Positions 1 to 8,706 are shown, numbered from the stretch's first letter. The stretch is DNA of 51,880 bases from Candidatus Microgenomates bacterium (GCA_016199065.1 JACQHK010000049.1:1-51880); one strand, 5' to 3'. Program-made: numbers and translations. The notes: generated by a model not told the origin, from the letters alone.

Positions 1-80
1 AATGTATAATGAAAAATGTATAATGAAAACAAATAATAAAATTTATACGTTTTAAATTATAAATTATACATTAACACGGC

Positions 81-110
81 TTGACATTTTAGGCATAAGA
101 AACTTATAGT
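81..110 (+). promoter_or_regulatory. sigma70-type promoter for the 120..626 gene
   Basis: TTGACA at 81-86, an 18-nt spacer, then TATAGT at 105-110. The ATG at 120 lies about 10 nt downstream with no Shine-Dalgarno, so the transcript would be near-leaderless. Confidence 0.4.
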
Positions 111-119
111 GTAATTAGA

Positions 120-626
120 ATGAAAAACTCCTTTGCCCTCAAAAAATTTCTGGGTTTATACGCTTTATTGTTAGTACTCATTCCGGCCGTAGTTTTTCTT
201 TCCGGTACTACAAATCGGGTCGGGGACTTGCGCTCTCAGGCGGCACCTCCTTTTGCTACCGTCACCTTCTGGCCGGTACAGGCCAATTTAAAATCTAATC
301 AGGAATACGATGTTGAATTAAGAGTCGACCCTACACTAAGACCGGTCAGTTTAGATACGGCAATCTCTTATGATCCGCAAATCGTGCAAATGAGTATTGA
401 AAGTCCGATTCCCGGAGATATGTATGAAGTATATCAGGCCAGACTCGTCGATAACGATAAAGGACTGGCAGGGATTTCCGGTAGGGGGGAACTTCGCGAA
501 GGAAACAAATTTGCTACACTAAAAATTATGACTCTTGCCCCAGGTGATCCGAAATTTTCCGTAAATTATGCCAACGGAAACAACGTGGAAATTAAAGTTA
601 ATTTACCCCGTTATTTGATTGAATAG
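120..626 (+). CDS. secreted or membrane-anchored hypothetical protein with a cohesin-like beta-sandwich domain
   Basis: 168-aa ORF. It has an N-terminal hydrophobic anchor or signal (LGLYALLLVLIPAVVFLSG). The remainder has a cohesin-like pattern (VELRVDP...LDTAISYDPQIVQM...FATLKIMTLAPGD). The family assignment comes from reading the sequence only. Confidence 0.45.
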   Translation: MKNSFALKKFLGLYALLLVLIPAVVFLSGTTNRVGDLRSQAAPPFATVTFWPVQANLKSNQEYDVELRVDPTLRPVSLDTAISYDPQIVQMSIESPIPGDMYEVYQARLVDNDKGLAGISGRGELREGNKFATLKIMTLAPGDPKFSVNYANGNNVEIKVNLPRYLIE

Positions 627-654
627 TTGACAAAATTTAAAAATTGCCTAAACT
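627..654 (+). promoter_or_regulatory. sigma70-type promoter driving the T-box leader and argS
   Basis: TTGACA at 627-632, a 16-nt spacer, then TAAACT at 649-654. The predicted TSS near 661 falls just 5' of the T-box Stem I base. Confidence 0.45.
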
Positions 655-660
655 AGTTAA

Positions 661-903
661 CTGACGGTAACGAAGGAAAAGTAAAAAAGAATAAAACAAA
701 TAAGTGATCAGTCGACAGTGTAAAGATTGAAGTTTTTTCTTTTTGAAACGAGCCTTCCGAGTCTTTTCCGAAGAAAGTCCCACTTCGTCCTCCGAATCGG
801 CGGACTTCGCGGGACAATTAGGAAAAAAATGAGCTTCGCCATGGCGGAGGAATAAAGGTGGCACCACGAACAACGCTTCGTCCTTTAAGGAGAAGCGTTT
901 TAT
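661..903 (+). promoter_or_regulatory. T-box riboswitch leader (tRNA-Arg sensing) upstream of argS
   Basis: Stem I spans 671-773. Its helices are GGAAAAG 675-681/CUUUUCC 763-769 and AAAAAGAA 684-691/UUCUUUUU 737-744. They enclose an 18-nt 3'-side specifier loop (745-762, GAAACGAGCCUUCCGAGU) with CGA Arg codons at 749-751 and 758-760; the second is followed by purine G761 next to the helix. An AG-bulge-like AGUGA sits at 703-707. The distal helix 708-713/725-730 carries an 11-nt loop GACAGUGUAAA. A Stem II-like hairpin lies at 777-815 and Stem III at 834-849. The T-box/antiterminator at 854-886 reads AAAGG-[UGGCACC bulge]-ACGAA-CAACGC-UUCGU-CCUUU. A mutually exclusive terminator lies at 872-903. 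Confidence 0.8.
872..903 (+). terminator. intrinsic terminator of the T-box leader
   Basis: AACGCUUC (872-879) pairs with GAAGCGUU (892-899), with an inner UCC/GGA extension, followed by UUUUAUU. The 5' arm overlaps the antiterminator 3' half. Confidence 0.75.
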
Positions 904-949
904 TGTGGAAAATAGAGATTTATTATTTATTTTGTTAAGATTAAAAAGT

Positions 950-3643
950 ATGAAGTTTAGCGTTACTGAAAAAATCTTTACCAAATGGCCTGAAGTAAAA
1001 ATCGGTATTTTAGTTTTGACCAATATCGATAATCAAACTTCTCAACCAAAATTGTTAGCCATACTAAGAAAATTAGAAGAGGAAGAAAGAAACAAATTGA
1101 CAGGATCCGATTTTAATTTAATGCCCGAAATTGCGGTATGGAAAAACGTCTATCGTGACTTTGGTTCAAATCCGAGAGATTTTCGATCGTCGGTCGAAGC
1201 ACTATTAAGAAGGGTACGAACGGGAAGCCTTTTACCCTCAATTAACAATTTAGTCGATTTATACAATTTCCTTTCCATTAAACATCACCTACCGGCTGGT
1301 GCAGAAGATTTAGATAAAGTAGTAGGAGATATTGAGTTAACCTTTGCTAAAGGTAGTGAAAAAGGAAAATATATCGGCTCTGTGCAGGAAGATACCTGTT
1401 ACGAGGGTGAAGTGATATATAAAGATGATAAGGGTTTTATTTGCCGCAGATGGAATTGGCGTGAGGCAGACAGAACCAAAATTGAAAAAGATACCAAAAA
1501 CGCTATTTTGGTTTTTGAAGCGATGCCTGCGGTTAGCGAAGAAAAATTAAAAAAAGTTTTGGCAGAGGCAAGGGAATTAATTCTCCAATTTTTGGGCGGG
1601 GAAACAAAAGAATTTATTCTGAAAACAAATCATTCGGTTATCAACAGTGAATTCCACCCGGAAAAAAAGTCACCAAATACCTTAAATAAAAAAACTATAT
1701 CACCAGTTAAATCCGCTATGGTTGCGAATCAGACCGTACCAACGCCCAATTCAACCCCAGGGGTCGGACTACAGGATACGAATGGCAAGTTACTGCAAAA
1801 AAAGATTTTGCCGCCGAAGGAATTCATCGTTTATGATTTAACTCTCGCACTCCAGTGCGCGGGAATTACTGCGTATCCTAACCTTAAAATAAAATTGGAG
1901 GATATTCACCTGGAACACCCCACAGAAGTGACTCATGGAGATTATTCGAGTAATATTGCCCTGATACTTTCCAAACAGTTAAAACAAAGTCCGTTAGTTA
2001 TTGCGGAAAAAATCGCCGGAGAACTGAAAAAATCGTTGCCGGAGTTTTTAGAGAAAGTGGAAGTTGTTAAACCGGGATTTTTGAATTTTTTTCTTTCCCC
2101 AAAATTATTGTTAAAAAAAACAGACGAAATAATTACTGCAGGAAACAATTTTGGTAAGTCCGGCATGGCCAAAGGTAAAAAAATAATCCTCGAATTTACC
2201 GATCCTAACCCTTTTAAAGAATTTCACATCGGCCACGTTTATACAAACACTGTGGGTGAATCCCTTTCGAGATTACAAGAATATATCGGTAAAACAGTCA
2301 AACGAGCCAATTATCAGGGTGATGTAGGTATGCATGTAGCAAAATCTGTTTGGGGGATGAGGAAAAAAATGGTAGAGGAAAAAATTACTTTAGATGACCT
2401 TTCACAGCAAGAAATTCATCAACGAGTTAAATTTTTAGGACAAGCCTATGCTTTGGGATCGGGTAAATTTGAAGATAGTAAAGAAGCTCAGGGGGAAATG
2501 AAAGATATTAATTATTTAGTCTATGTTTCGGCGCAAAAATTGTTAAAAGAAGAAAAAAATTGGCAGCCACAAGTCGATTACCAACAATATATCTATGGCA
2601 ATAAATTCCGGTTAGAAGAAATTGAAAAAATATATCGCGCAGGAAGATCCTGGAGTTTAGAATATTTTGAGCTCATCTATCAACGCCTTGGAACAAGATT
2701 TGATTACTATTATTTTGAAAGTGTAGTAGGAGAGTATGGCGTTAAGATCGTTAGGGAAAATCTTAACAAAGGACTGTTCGAGAAACACGACGGAGCCGTT
2801 GTTTTTAGAGGTGAAAAATTCGGTTACCATACTAGAGTGTTTATTAACTCCTTAGGTCTGCCAACTTACGAGGCAAAAGAATTAGGTCTGGCACCAACCA
2901 AATTTCAGGATTTTGCTTATACCGAATCAGTAATTATAACCGGTAATGAAATCGAGGAATATTTTAAAGTACTCATTGCTGCGCTAACCCACATCAATCC
3001 CCAACTGGGAAAAATTACCAAACATCTTCCTCACGGAATGGTACGTTTACCGGAAGGAAAAATGTCCTCGCGTACCGGAAAAGTTATTACGGGAGAAATG
3101 TTTCTTGATCATGCAAGAGACCAGGCTCTAAAAAAATTTCAGACCAAAAGCCAAACAGTAATTAGTAAAAATTTGGCAGAACAAGTAGGAATAGGAGCCA
3201 TTAAATACGCTTTTTTAAAAAGCAGCATCGGCAAGGATATAATATTTAATATGGAGGAGTCGTTAAGTTTGCAGGGGAATAGTGGTCCGTACCTGCAATA
3301 TACTCATGCTAGGGCGAAATCAGTACTAATTAAAAATGAAAAATTAAAAATGAAAAATGAAAAATTGAGTACAAATTTAGAAAAGGAGGAGATTTTATTA
3401 TTAAGATCTCTTTATAAATTTCCCGAGGTAGTTCTTTCTGCTGCCCAAAATTTTGCGCCAAATTTGCTTTGTAATTATCTTTTTGATTTGGCTCAGAAAT
3501 TTAATAGTTTTTATGACAAACTACCGATTTTAAAAGCGGAAAAAGAGAGTAGAGAAGTCAGATTAAAATTGGTAGAGGGAACTGCACAGGTATTGAAAAA
3601 CGGACTGTATCTATTGGGAATTCATGCACCGGAGAAAATGTAA
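950..3643 (+). CDS. argS: arginyl-tRNA synthetase with an N-terminal B3/B4 (PheRS-beta editing-like) domain
   Basis: The ATG at 950 is preferred because the ORF-track GTG at 905 sits in the terminator tail. The first ~215 aa read as a B3/4-like domain (NPRDFRSSVEALLRRV, LPSINNLVDLYNFLSIKHHLPAGAEDLD, RRWNWREADRT). A low-complexity linker follows. The ArgRS core starts near 1815: EFTDPNPFKEFHIGH with HIGH at 2225-2236, GKMSSRTGKV, the DALR anticodon-binding domain (FPEVVLSAAQNFAPNLLCNYLFDLAQKFNSFY), and a C-terminal ...EKM. Confidence 0.9.
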   Translation: MKFSVTEKIFTKWPEVKIGILVLTNIDNQTSQPKLLAILRKLEEEERNKLTGSDFNLMPEIAVWKNVYRDFGSNPRDFRSSVEALLRRVRTGSLLPSINNLVDLYNFLSIKHHLPAGAEDLDKVVGDIELTFAKGSEKGKYIGSVQEDTCYEGEVIYKDDKGFICRRWNWREADRTKIEKDTKNAILVFEAMPAVSEEKLKKVLAEARELILQFLGGETKEFILKTNHSVINSEFHPEKKSPNTLNKKTISPVKSAMVANQTVPTPNSTPGVGLQDTNGKLLQKKILPPKEFIVYDLTLALQCAGITAYPNLKIKLEDIHLEHPTEVTHGDYSSNIALILSKQLKQSPLVIAEKIAGELKKSLPEFLEKVEVVKPGFLNFFLSPKLLLKKTDEIITAGNNFGKSGMAKGKKIILEFTDPNPFKEFHIGHVYTNTVGESLSRLQEYIGKTVKRANYQGDVGMHVAKSVWGMRKKMVEEKITLDDLSQQEIHQRVKFLGQAYALGSGKFEDSKEAQGEMKDINYLVYVSAQKLLKEEKNWQPQVDYQQYIYGNKFRLEEIEKIYRAGRSWSLEYFELIYQRLGTRFDYYYFESVVGEYGVKIVRENLNKGLFEKHDGAVVFRGEKFGYHTRVFINSLGLPTYEAKELGLAPTKFQDFAYTESVIITGNEIEEYFKVLIAALTHINPQLGKITKHLPHGMVRLPEGKMSSRTGKVITGEMFLDHARDQALKKFQTKSQTVISKNLAEQVGIGAIKYAFLKSSIGKDIIFNMEESLSLQGNSGPYLQYTHARAKSVLIKNEKLKMKNEKLSTNLEKEEILLLRSLYKFPEVVLSAAQNFAPNLLCNYLFDLAQKFNSFYDKLPILKAEKESREVRLKLVEGTAQVLKNGLYLLGIHAPEKM

Positions 3644-3652
3644 AATGTATAA

Positions 3653-3700
3653 TGTACAAATTTTCTAACAGCATGCTTTGTCAGAAATTGTACATTTTAC
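3653..3700. terminator. long imperfect palindrome between convergent genes; putative bidirectional terminator
   Basis: TGTACAAATTTTCTAACA (3653-3670), GCATGC, then TTTGTCAGAAATTGTACA (3677-3694), followed by TTTTACATTT. It lies between the argS stop (3643) and the stop of the minus-strand gene (3708). Confidence 0.5.
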
Positions 3701-3707
3701 ATTTATC

Positions 3708-5309
3708 TTAAGGTGCTACTTCTTTCCAAATCAAAGACGTTCTTCCTAAAACTGAGGCAAAGTTAATTAAATATTTTGGTTCATAAGTGATCCATTCAGC
3801 GGGTATGGTTTGTTCTTCCAATGTTCGGGAAGAAGAAAATATTTTTCCTCCCTGCGAAACAAAAAGCGCACCCTTAATTACTAAGGGTGTGTTGGTATCA
3901 TGATCTTTGGTACTGATTGATTCATCAACTAAATACATTCCGTCGGCTTCAAATACGTCGCTTCCGATCGACAAATTTCTTGAAACAACAAAAATAACTC
4001 CGGCATTATCTTTAATAAAAATATTATGTCTGATATTAAAATCTCCCTCGATATAGATTATTAACTTGTTATTACCGCTTACGACAATGTCTTCGCTGGT
4101 AGAAAGCGATCCTCCGGGAGGAGAAATTTTGATTTTATTAATACTTCCTACTGATGAGGCATGGGTGTTAAAAAAGGCGTTGTTAAGGCTGGTTAAGGAA
4201 TTTTGAGTATTATCGGCAGGTTTTAAATTTGAATAATAGTTATAAAATCCGGTTAGTTCTGAGTAGGTAACCTTTCCGTACGGTGGTGAATACCAAAACC
4301 AATTAACTTTACTTGCTCTTTCCGGAGCGGCATTAAATGTACCCAGTGGTCCAAAAGTGGAAAGCCCATTCGTGGTTACTAGGAAACTGGCAAAAAAATC
4401 ATCTTCGGGAATCGGATCAATAATATCGCTATTACTGTGTACATCTCCCAACTCTGTTTTAAACCAGTTTGAGCTTTCTCCTCCTCCCGGTGTCGGGGAA
4501 GGAGTGATGGTTCCACTGACAGTTGGAGTTGGTGTGGCAGATACGGTGGGAGTTAAATTCGTGGGCGTCACCGTGGGAGAAACTGTTACGGTTGTCGTTA
4601 CTGTGGTTGTAATTTTCAAAGTAGGTGTAGGTGTCAATGTCGGCGTTTTTGTGACCTCAAGCGACCTGACTGATCCGGTACAAGAAGCGGTTTGCCCATC
4701 AGCTGTAGTCACAGTAGCTGTGATTGTACAGGTTTGATTGCCGGCTTTTCCCATGGTAAAGTAACCGCCACAGGAACTGCGACTACCAGAACAATCTCCT
4801 ACTGCCTGAGTACAACTTCCGCTGGTTTTAGGCGGCAACGGGCTTACCGTTGCCGGACCATTATAAATATTTAAAGTCCAATTTACTCTCTTTTGCGGTG
4901 CAACTGAACCAGGCATGGCAAAGGAGCATTTTAAGCCAGGTGTTCCATCGCCAACGCACTCATAATCATAACTGCAGTTGCCCGGCCTATTTAGAGGATC
5001 ATAGACGTCCTGGCACTTGTTGTCCTTACAAATGGACCTGTTGGGAACACCCCCGCCTCCACCCGCATCATCACAACCGCAGAAATCACAAATTCCCGGT
5101 TTGCCTGTTCCCGGACATGAATTACTATAACCGTGAACAACCCTCTGTGCGTCACATTTAGCCGCGCAGGTGCCGCTTTTCCAATCTTCACAACAAGTAC
5201 ATGCTCCACAAACCAGCGCATTTGCTTTGGTTACTCCCATAAAAAAACTTACCGATAAAAAAACGGCTAAAAACAGCGTTAAACAAAAAACAAAATTAAG
5301 TATTTTCAT
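3708..5309 (-). CDS. secreted Cys-rich / Thr-Pro-rich protein, last gene of the pilus operon (candidate pilus-associated adhesin)
   Basis: ATG at 5309; the ORF-track start at 5321 is TTG. There is a signal peptide (KILNFVFCLTLFLAVFLSVSFFMGVTKANA). A ~200-aa region holds about 20 Cys (CGACTCC, CDFCGCDD) and a GGGGG run. A T/P linker follows (TKTPTLTPTPTL...SATPTPTVSGTITPSPTP). The ~250-aa C-terminal domain has no family I recognise. Confidence 0.6.
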   Translation of the reverse strand: MKILNFVFCLTLFLAVFLSVSFFMGVTKANALVCGACTCCEDWKSGTCAAKCDAQRVVHGYSNSCPGTGKPGICDFCGCDDAGGGGGVPNRSICKDNKCQDVYDPLNRPGNCSYDYECVGDGTPGLKCSFAMPGSVAPQKRVNWTLNIYNGPATVSPLPPKTSGSCTQAVGDCSGSRSSCGGYFTMGKAGNQTCTITATVTTADGQTASCTGSVRSLEVTKTPTLTPTPTLKITTTVTTTVTVSPTVTPTNLTPTVSATPTPTVSGTITPSPTPGGGESSNWFKTELGDVHSNSDIIDPIPEDDFFASFLVTTNGLSTFGPLGTFNAAPERASKVNWFWYSPPYGKVTYSELTGFYNYYSNLKPADNTQNSLTSLNNAFFNTHASSVGSINKIKISPPGGSLSTSEDIVVSGNNKLIIYIEGDFNIRHNIFIKDNAGVIFVVSRNLSIGSDVFEADGMYLVDESISTKDHDTNTPLVIKGALFVSQGGKIFSSSRTLEEQTIPAEWITYEPKYLINFASVLGRTSLIWKEVAP

Positions 5310-5859
5310 CGCTCCGGTCAATAATAGAAACTGTCGTTATTTCTGTACAATTTTTATCCGTACAAAGTCCGCTAATTCTGGTTTTTCCGGGAATTATGTC
5401 GGAAAAAGATTTTGTTTCTAATCTGATACTGTTATCCTGTTCCTTATATACTTCCTGTACCACTATAGAATCTGCCAGTTTAACTATGGTCTGCTTCGAA
5501 CTTTGATAAATAATCAATTTTTTTTCTGTCTCACTGGCTCCCGCAACCCAACCAATTATTTCATAAGTCATTTTTCCCTCTACTTCTTTGCTACTTATCC
5601 CGTATACATCTTCCGGAACCAATCCCCGATGATTTTGTGCTTTAATCTTTACTCTACTTTGCAGAGGAATTCCTTTGTTTGTTTGATACTGGTTAAGCTT
5701 TTTTTCAAGATTAAGAACGGCTTCGTCAACTTTCTGTTCTCGGTTTAAAGAAAGAGGGGCTAAAAGATTCATGCCTTTTATAAAATAGAGAGAAAAATAC
5801 AAGTCTATGAGAAGAAAAAGCAGGGCAGAAAAAATAATCAAATACTGTTTGTTTTTCAT
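5296..5859 (-). CDS. membrane-anchored hypothetical protein in the pilus operon
   Basis: 187-aa ORF with a single N-terminal TM (YLIIFSALLFLLIDLYFSLYFI). It overlaps the downstream gene by 14 nt and shows no recognisable motif. Confidence 0.55.
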   Translation of the reverse strand: MKNKQYLIIFSALLFLLIDLYFSLYFIKGMNLLAPLSLNREQKVDEAVLNLEKKLNQYQTNKGIPLQSRVKIKAQNHRGLVPEDVYGISSKEVEGKMTYEIIGWVAGASETEKKLIIYQSSKQTIVKLADSIVVQEVYKEQDNSIRLETKSFSDIIPGKTRISGLCTDKNCTEITTVSIIDRSDENT

Positions 5860-5977
5860 GAACTTTTAACTGAAATCATAGAAGAAATCACCCAGAGAAG
5901 AATGGGTATTAAAATCGCTGAAATTCCAATAATCGTAAGAAGGATTCTTTCTCCATCTTTCATTCAGGTTTTCCGCT

Positions 5978-6868
5978 TTATTTTTGCAACGAGTTATTTG
6001 AACCGTTAAAAATAACGTAGTCAAAGATGGGGGGTAGGACCGGATAGGATTCGAATACTTCAACCTTTCTGTTTACGTTCGAAGCTGTTCCTGTTGAGGA
6101 AATAAGTCTTCCCTGAACCGGAAAAGTATTTGCCACATCGGCCGGTTGTGCACCCAAGAGCTGAGATACGTCGTTATAAAGAATTCTTAATCTGACAGCA
6201 TAGAGAGTCGTACCTGGGGTCGGAATACTAAAAGGAGCCTGGGACAAATCTACTTGTTTCTTAAATTGAAAATTATAAGGAGCTAAATAACTACCGGAAA
6301 TATCGCTTACGGAAAGAAAATTATTATTAGACAAACGTCCGCTGTTAGGATCATAGACGCCCTTGGCCATCTTAAACACTCCGCCTTCCTGATAGATTAC
6401 TGAAACTTCCAGCGCCGGGGTAGTTGCATTATTGCTGGCTTGACCGGGATTACCCCAATAGAGAATTAGGTCTTTATCGTTAAAATTTAGAGGATCAGAA
6501 AGATTTAAACTATTATCCGCGTTGTGTCCAACGAACCAAATTTGTTGGGTATCGTCCTTGGCAACCGGTTTATTAAAAACAAAAGCCTCTCCACTTACTC
6601 CTCCCTGGGTAGTAACTGACACGTTATAACTGGCGGCATCAACTCCCGTTCCTACGGTAACCGCACCACCGGCCAATTGACCCGACAAGGCTGCTTCAAT
6701 TCCGGCTTCGGCAGCATTAAAAGCACGATTTGACAATTCTGTTTGTTGAGAAATTCTGATGTCGCGCACGGTATTCGTGGCAACGGAAAGACCGATGGTC
6801 AGAACAACAACCAAAACTAGAAGGACAATAATGACTGCTTGACCACTTTTAGCTTTAATTTTGCTCAT
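5978..6868 (-). CDS. PilX-like type IV pilus assembly / minor pilin-like protein
   Basis: The N-terminus SGQAVIIVLLVLVVVLTIGLSVATNTV...SNRAFNAAEAGIEAAL matches the PilX_N pattern (hydrophobic helix followed by A-x-x-AAEAG-hydrophobic-E). It sits in operon context with pseudopilins. Confidence 0.6.
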   Translation of the reverse strand: MSKIKAKSGQAVIIVLLVLVVVLTIGLSVATNTVRDIRISQQTELSNRAFNAAEAGIEAALSGQLAGGAVTVGTGVDAASYNVSVTTQGGVSGEAFVFNKPVAKDDTQQIWFVGHNADNSLNLSDPLNFNDKDLILYWGNPGQASNNATTPALEVSVIYQEGGVFKMAKGVYDPNSGRLSNNNFLSVSDISGSYLAPYNFQFKKQVDLSQAPFSIPTPGTTLYAVRLRILYNDVSQLLGAQPADVANTFPVQGRLISSTGTASNVNRKVEVFESYPVLPPIFDYVIFNGSNNSLQK

Positions 6869-6976
6869 AAACTTGTTCTTAATTCATTCTATATATTTTT
6901 TAAAATGCTTGTCAATAACGACTTAGTAGTTAGCTAATAGCTTTTGGCTAACCCGGCCAGCGTGACCTAAGATTAA

Positions 6977-7510
6977 TCAGTAGCTACGCAGAGAGATATT
7001 TGTTTGAAAATCAACCGTAGCGCTGCTTTCCGGTCTGGTAATCCATTTTGACTGTTTGATTTGCAGAGTAATTGAAACCAAGGGAGGTGTTCGGGTTAAA
7101 TCACAGGAAAAAGCTAATTGGGCAACATCCACTCCCACGTTTTTCTCGGCATTGGTCAAAATGGTCGAATTACTGGCAATTCTGGCATTTAAATTATTGA
7201 CTACGTCCTGAGGTAAAAGATCAAACACTATTGAATCTGTGCCATTTTTTATTGTTATACTATCACCAGCGCTACAATCCTCAACGGAGGAAGCATTCCT
7301 AATGTAGTAACTCATCACATCCAATGCATAATTACCATTCTGCTTAATTTCAGAAATAACGGTAGCTTTAGCGCCGTCTTTAATCACTGTGGCTAAAAAA
7401 TTAATACTAAAGGCAGCAATAATACCAATGATGCTTAAGGCCACAAGGGTTTCAAGAAGAGTAAAGGCATTTTTTCTGTACTGATTTGTCTTGTATGTCA
7501 AATTTGTCAT
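6977..7510 (-). CDS. prepilin-type N-terminal cleavage/methylation domain protein (minor pseudopilin)
   Basis: KNAFTLLETLVALSIIGIIAAF matches the class III signal motif with Glu at +5. Confidence 0.75.
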   Translation of the reverse strand: MTNLTYKTNQYRKNAFTLLETLVALSIIGIIAAFSINFLATVIKDGAKATVISEIKQNGNYALDVMSYYIRNASSVEDCSAGDSITIKNGTDSIVFDLLPQDVVNNLNARIASNSTILTNAEKNVGVDVAQLAFSCDLTRTPPLVSITLQIKQSKWITRPESSATVDFQTNISLRSY

Positions 7511-7526
7511 ATCTGAAAAAAGAGAA

Positions 7527-7985
7527 CTATTCCCATTTTGTTAAAAAGGTGTTCTGTTTTGAACTATGTGTTCCGGAGCTGTCCGTCCAGGAAGTGGTCA
7601 CCTCCACTAAAAGTTTTTCTGAGGCTCCATCTGGATCGGAAAAATCAGCTTCTCGTGTAAATATTACCCCGACATTAACCGCACAGCTTGGTTGTTTTAA
7701 AGTCCAAGTCGAACTGTCTCCTGTACCAATACAATAGGTTTTATTGTTATAAGTAGTAAACATTGCCGTCCAACCAAGTTTATCTCTTTCACTTCGGATA
7801 TTTTCCACAGCGTCCTGAGAGTAACGCGTTGCCAAATTTTGATTCTTCGCAAATTGGGAATTTTTTATGCTGGTTACCAAACTTTGAACCAAAGCCACGA
7901 TTACCAAGACTCCAATTCCTAAAGCTATCAAAACTTCAATCAATGATTGACCCTTACGGGCAGGTTGCACTTTCATATATTTCAC
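7527..7985 (-). CDS. prepilin-type minor pseudopilin (PilV-like)
   Basis: KGQSLIEVLIALGIGVLVIVAL prepilin motif; 152 aa; overlaps the upstream gene by 32 nt. Confidence 0.75.
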   Translation of the reverse strand: MKYMKVQPARKGQSLIEVLIALGIGVLVIVALVQSLVTSIKNSQFAKNQNLATRYSQDAVENIRSERDKLGWTAMFTTYNNKTYCIGTGDSSTWTLKQPSCAVNVGVIFTREADFSDPDGASEKLLVEVTTSWTDSSGTHSSKQNTFLTKWE

Positions 7986-8628
7986 CGCCGCTGGTTATTA
8001 TTACATAATATAAATTTCCCGCCGATTGTTTCAATTCAATCGCCAACTTACCGATATTTAAAGGAGACGATAGACCGCCAGGTAGGGCAGCTGTATAAAA
8101 AAGAGCTCCTTTACCAATTGGTTTAAAAAGCACACTGGCCGAAGAACCAATACTTGCACAACTCGAACCGTTTAATAAACGATTAATGGTAATGTTGGTG
8201 GCCAATTTTTTGTTGTAGCTTGCTGACGAAGAAGGAAAGGTATTTAAGCCGCAAATACCTTTAATGTTAAAACTGATACCGTTAACACTAAACTCGCCAA
8301 AAAATCCCGCTAATACATCGCTTGAGGTACACAGAAGAGTGTCTTTTTCTCCGGCAAAGCTGCGGTTTTGGGCATCTCTTAAATTGGATTTTAAAAAACT
8401 GGCAGCCTGTTTAACCTCTTGAGACCGATTAAAACTGATGTACGAAGGTATCGTTAACACGGCAATTAACGCACCAATAGACATTACTACCATCAGTTCA
8501 ATGAGGGTAAACCCCTCACCTGAAACCCAGAATGGAGAAGATAAGGTATTATTTTTTTTCTTATCATTATTATTACAATACAATCTAATCCACGATATAA
8601 AATGGTTCGGGGTAAAGGCAGATTTCAT
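7954..8628 (-). CDS. prepilin-type pseudopilin, start uncertain
   Basis: GEGFTLIELMVVMSIGALIAVL prepilin motif. The ATG at 8628 would give an unusually long 39-aa leader, so an internal TTG start is possible. Confidence 0.7.
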   Translation of the reverse strand: MKSAFTPNHFISWIRLYCNNNDKKKNNTLSSPFWVSGEGFTLIELMVVMSIGALIAVLTIPSYISFNRSQEVKQAASFLKSNLRDAQNRSFAGEKDTLLCTSSDVLAGFFGEFSVNGISFNIKGICGLNTFPSSSASYNKKLATNITINRLLNGSSCASIGSSASVLFKPIGKGALFYTAALPGGLSSPLNIGKLAIELKQSAGNLYYVIITSGGEIYESATCP

Positions 8629-8706
8629 AATATTTAGCTGTTAGCTCTTTGCAAATATGTATTATTTTGCTAACTAATAGCTAACGGCCAACAGCCAATA
8701 AGCTAC

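Noticed and set aside
768-815. GAAGAAAGUCCCAC resembles the RNase P RNA P4/CR-I motif (GAGGAAAGUCC)
   Set aside because: The surrounding sequence folds convincingly as T-box Stem I, Stem II, Stem III and the antiterminator. The other RNase P conserved regions are absent.
905-949. GTG start at 905 for argS (ORF-track start)
   Set aside because: Position 905 lies immediately after the U-tract of the T-box terminator. The ATG at 950 begins the B3/4 domain (MKFSVTEK...) and leaves room for ribosome loading.
637-1023. 128-aa minus-strand ORF
   Set aside because: It lies antisense to the T-box leader and the 5' end of argS, has low-complexity content and lacks start context. It is better explained as a by-product of the structured leader.
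4357-5421. Several plus-strand ORFs (4357-4737, 4692-4874, 4850-5161, 5170-5421) antisense to the Cys-rich protein gene
   Set aside because: They are mirror-frame artefacts of a biased, repetitive (Thr/Pro, Cys/Gly codon) gene. They have no start context and overlap a much longer ORF with a clear signal peptide.
5866-6063. 65-aa minus-strand ORF overlapping the 3' end of the PilX-like gene
   Set aside because: It is out of frame with, and largely inside, the longer pilX-like ORF. There is no RBS and no recognisable content.
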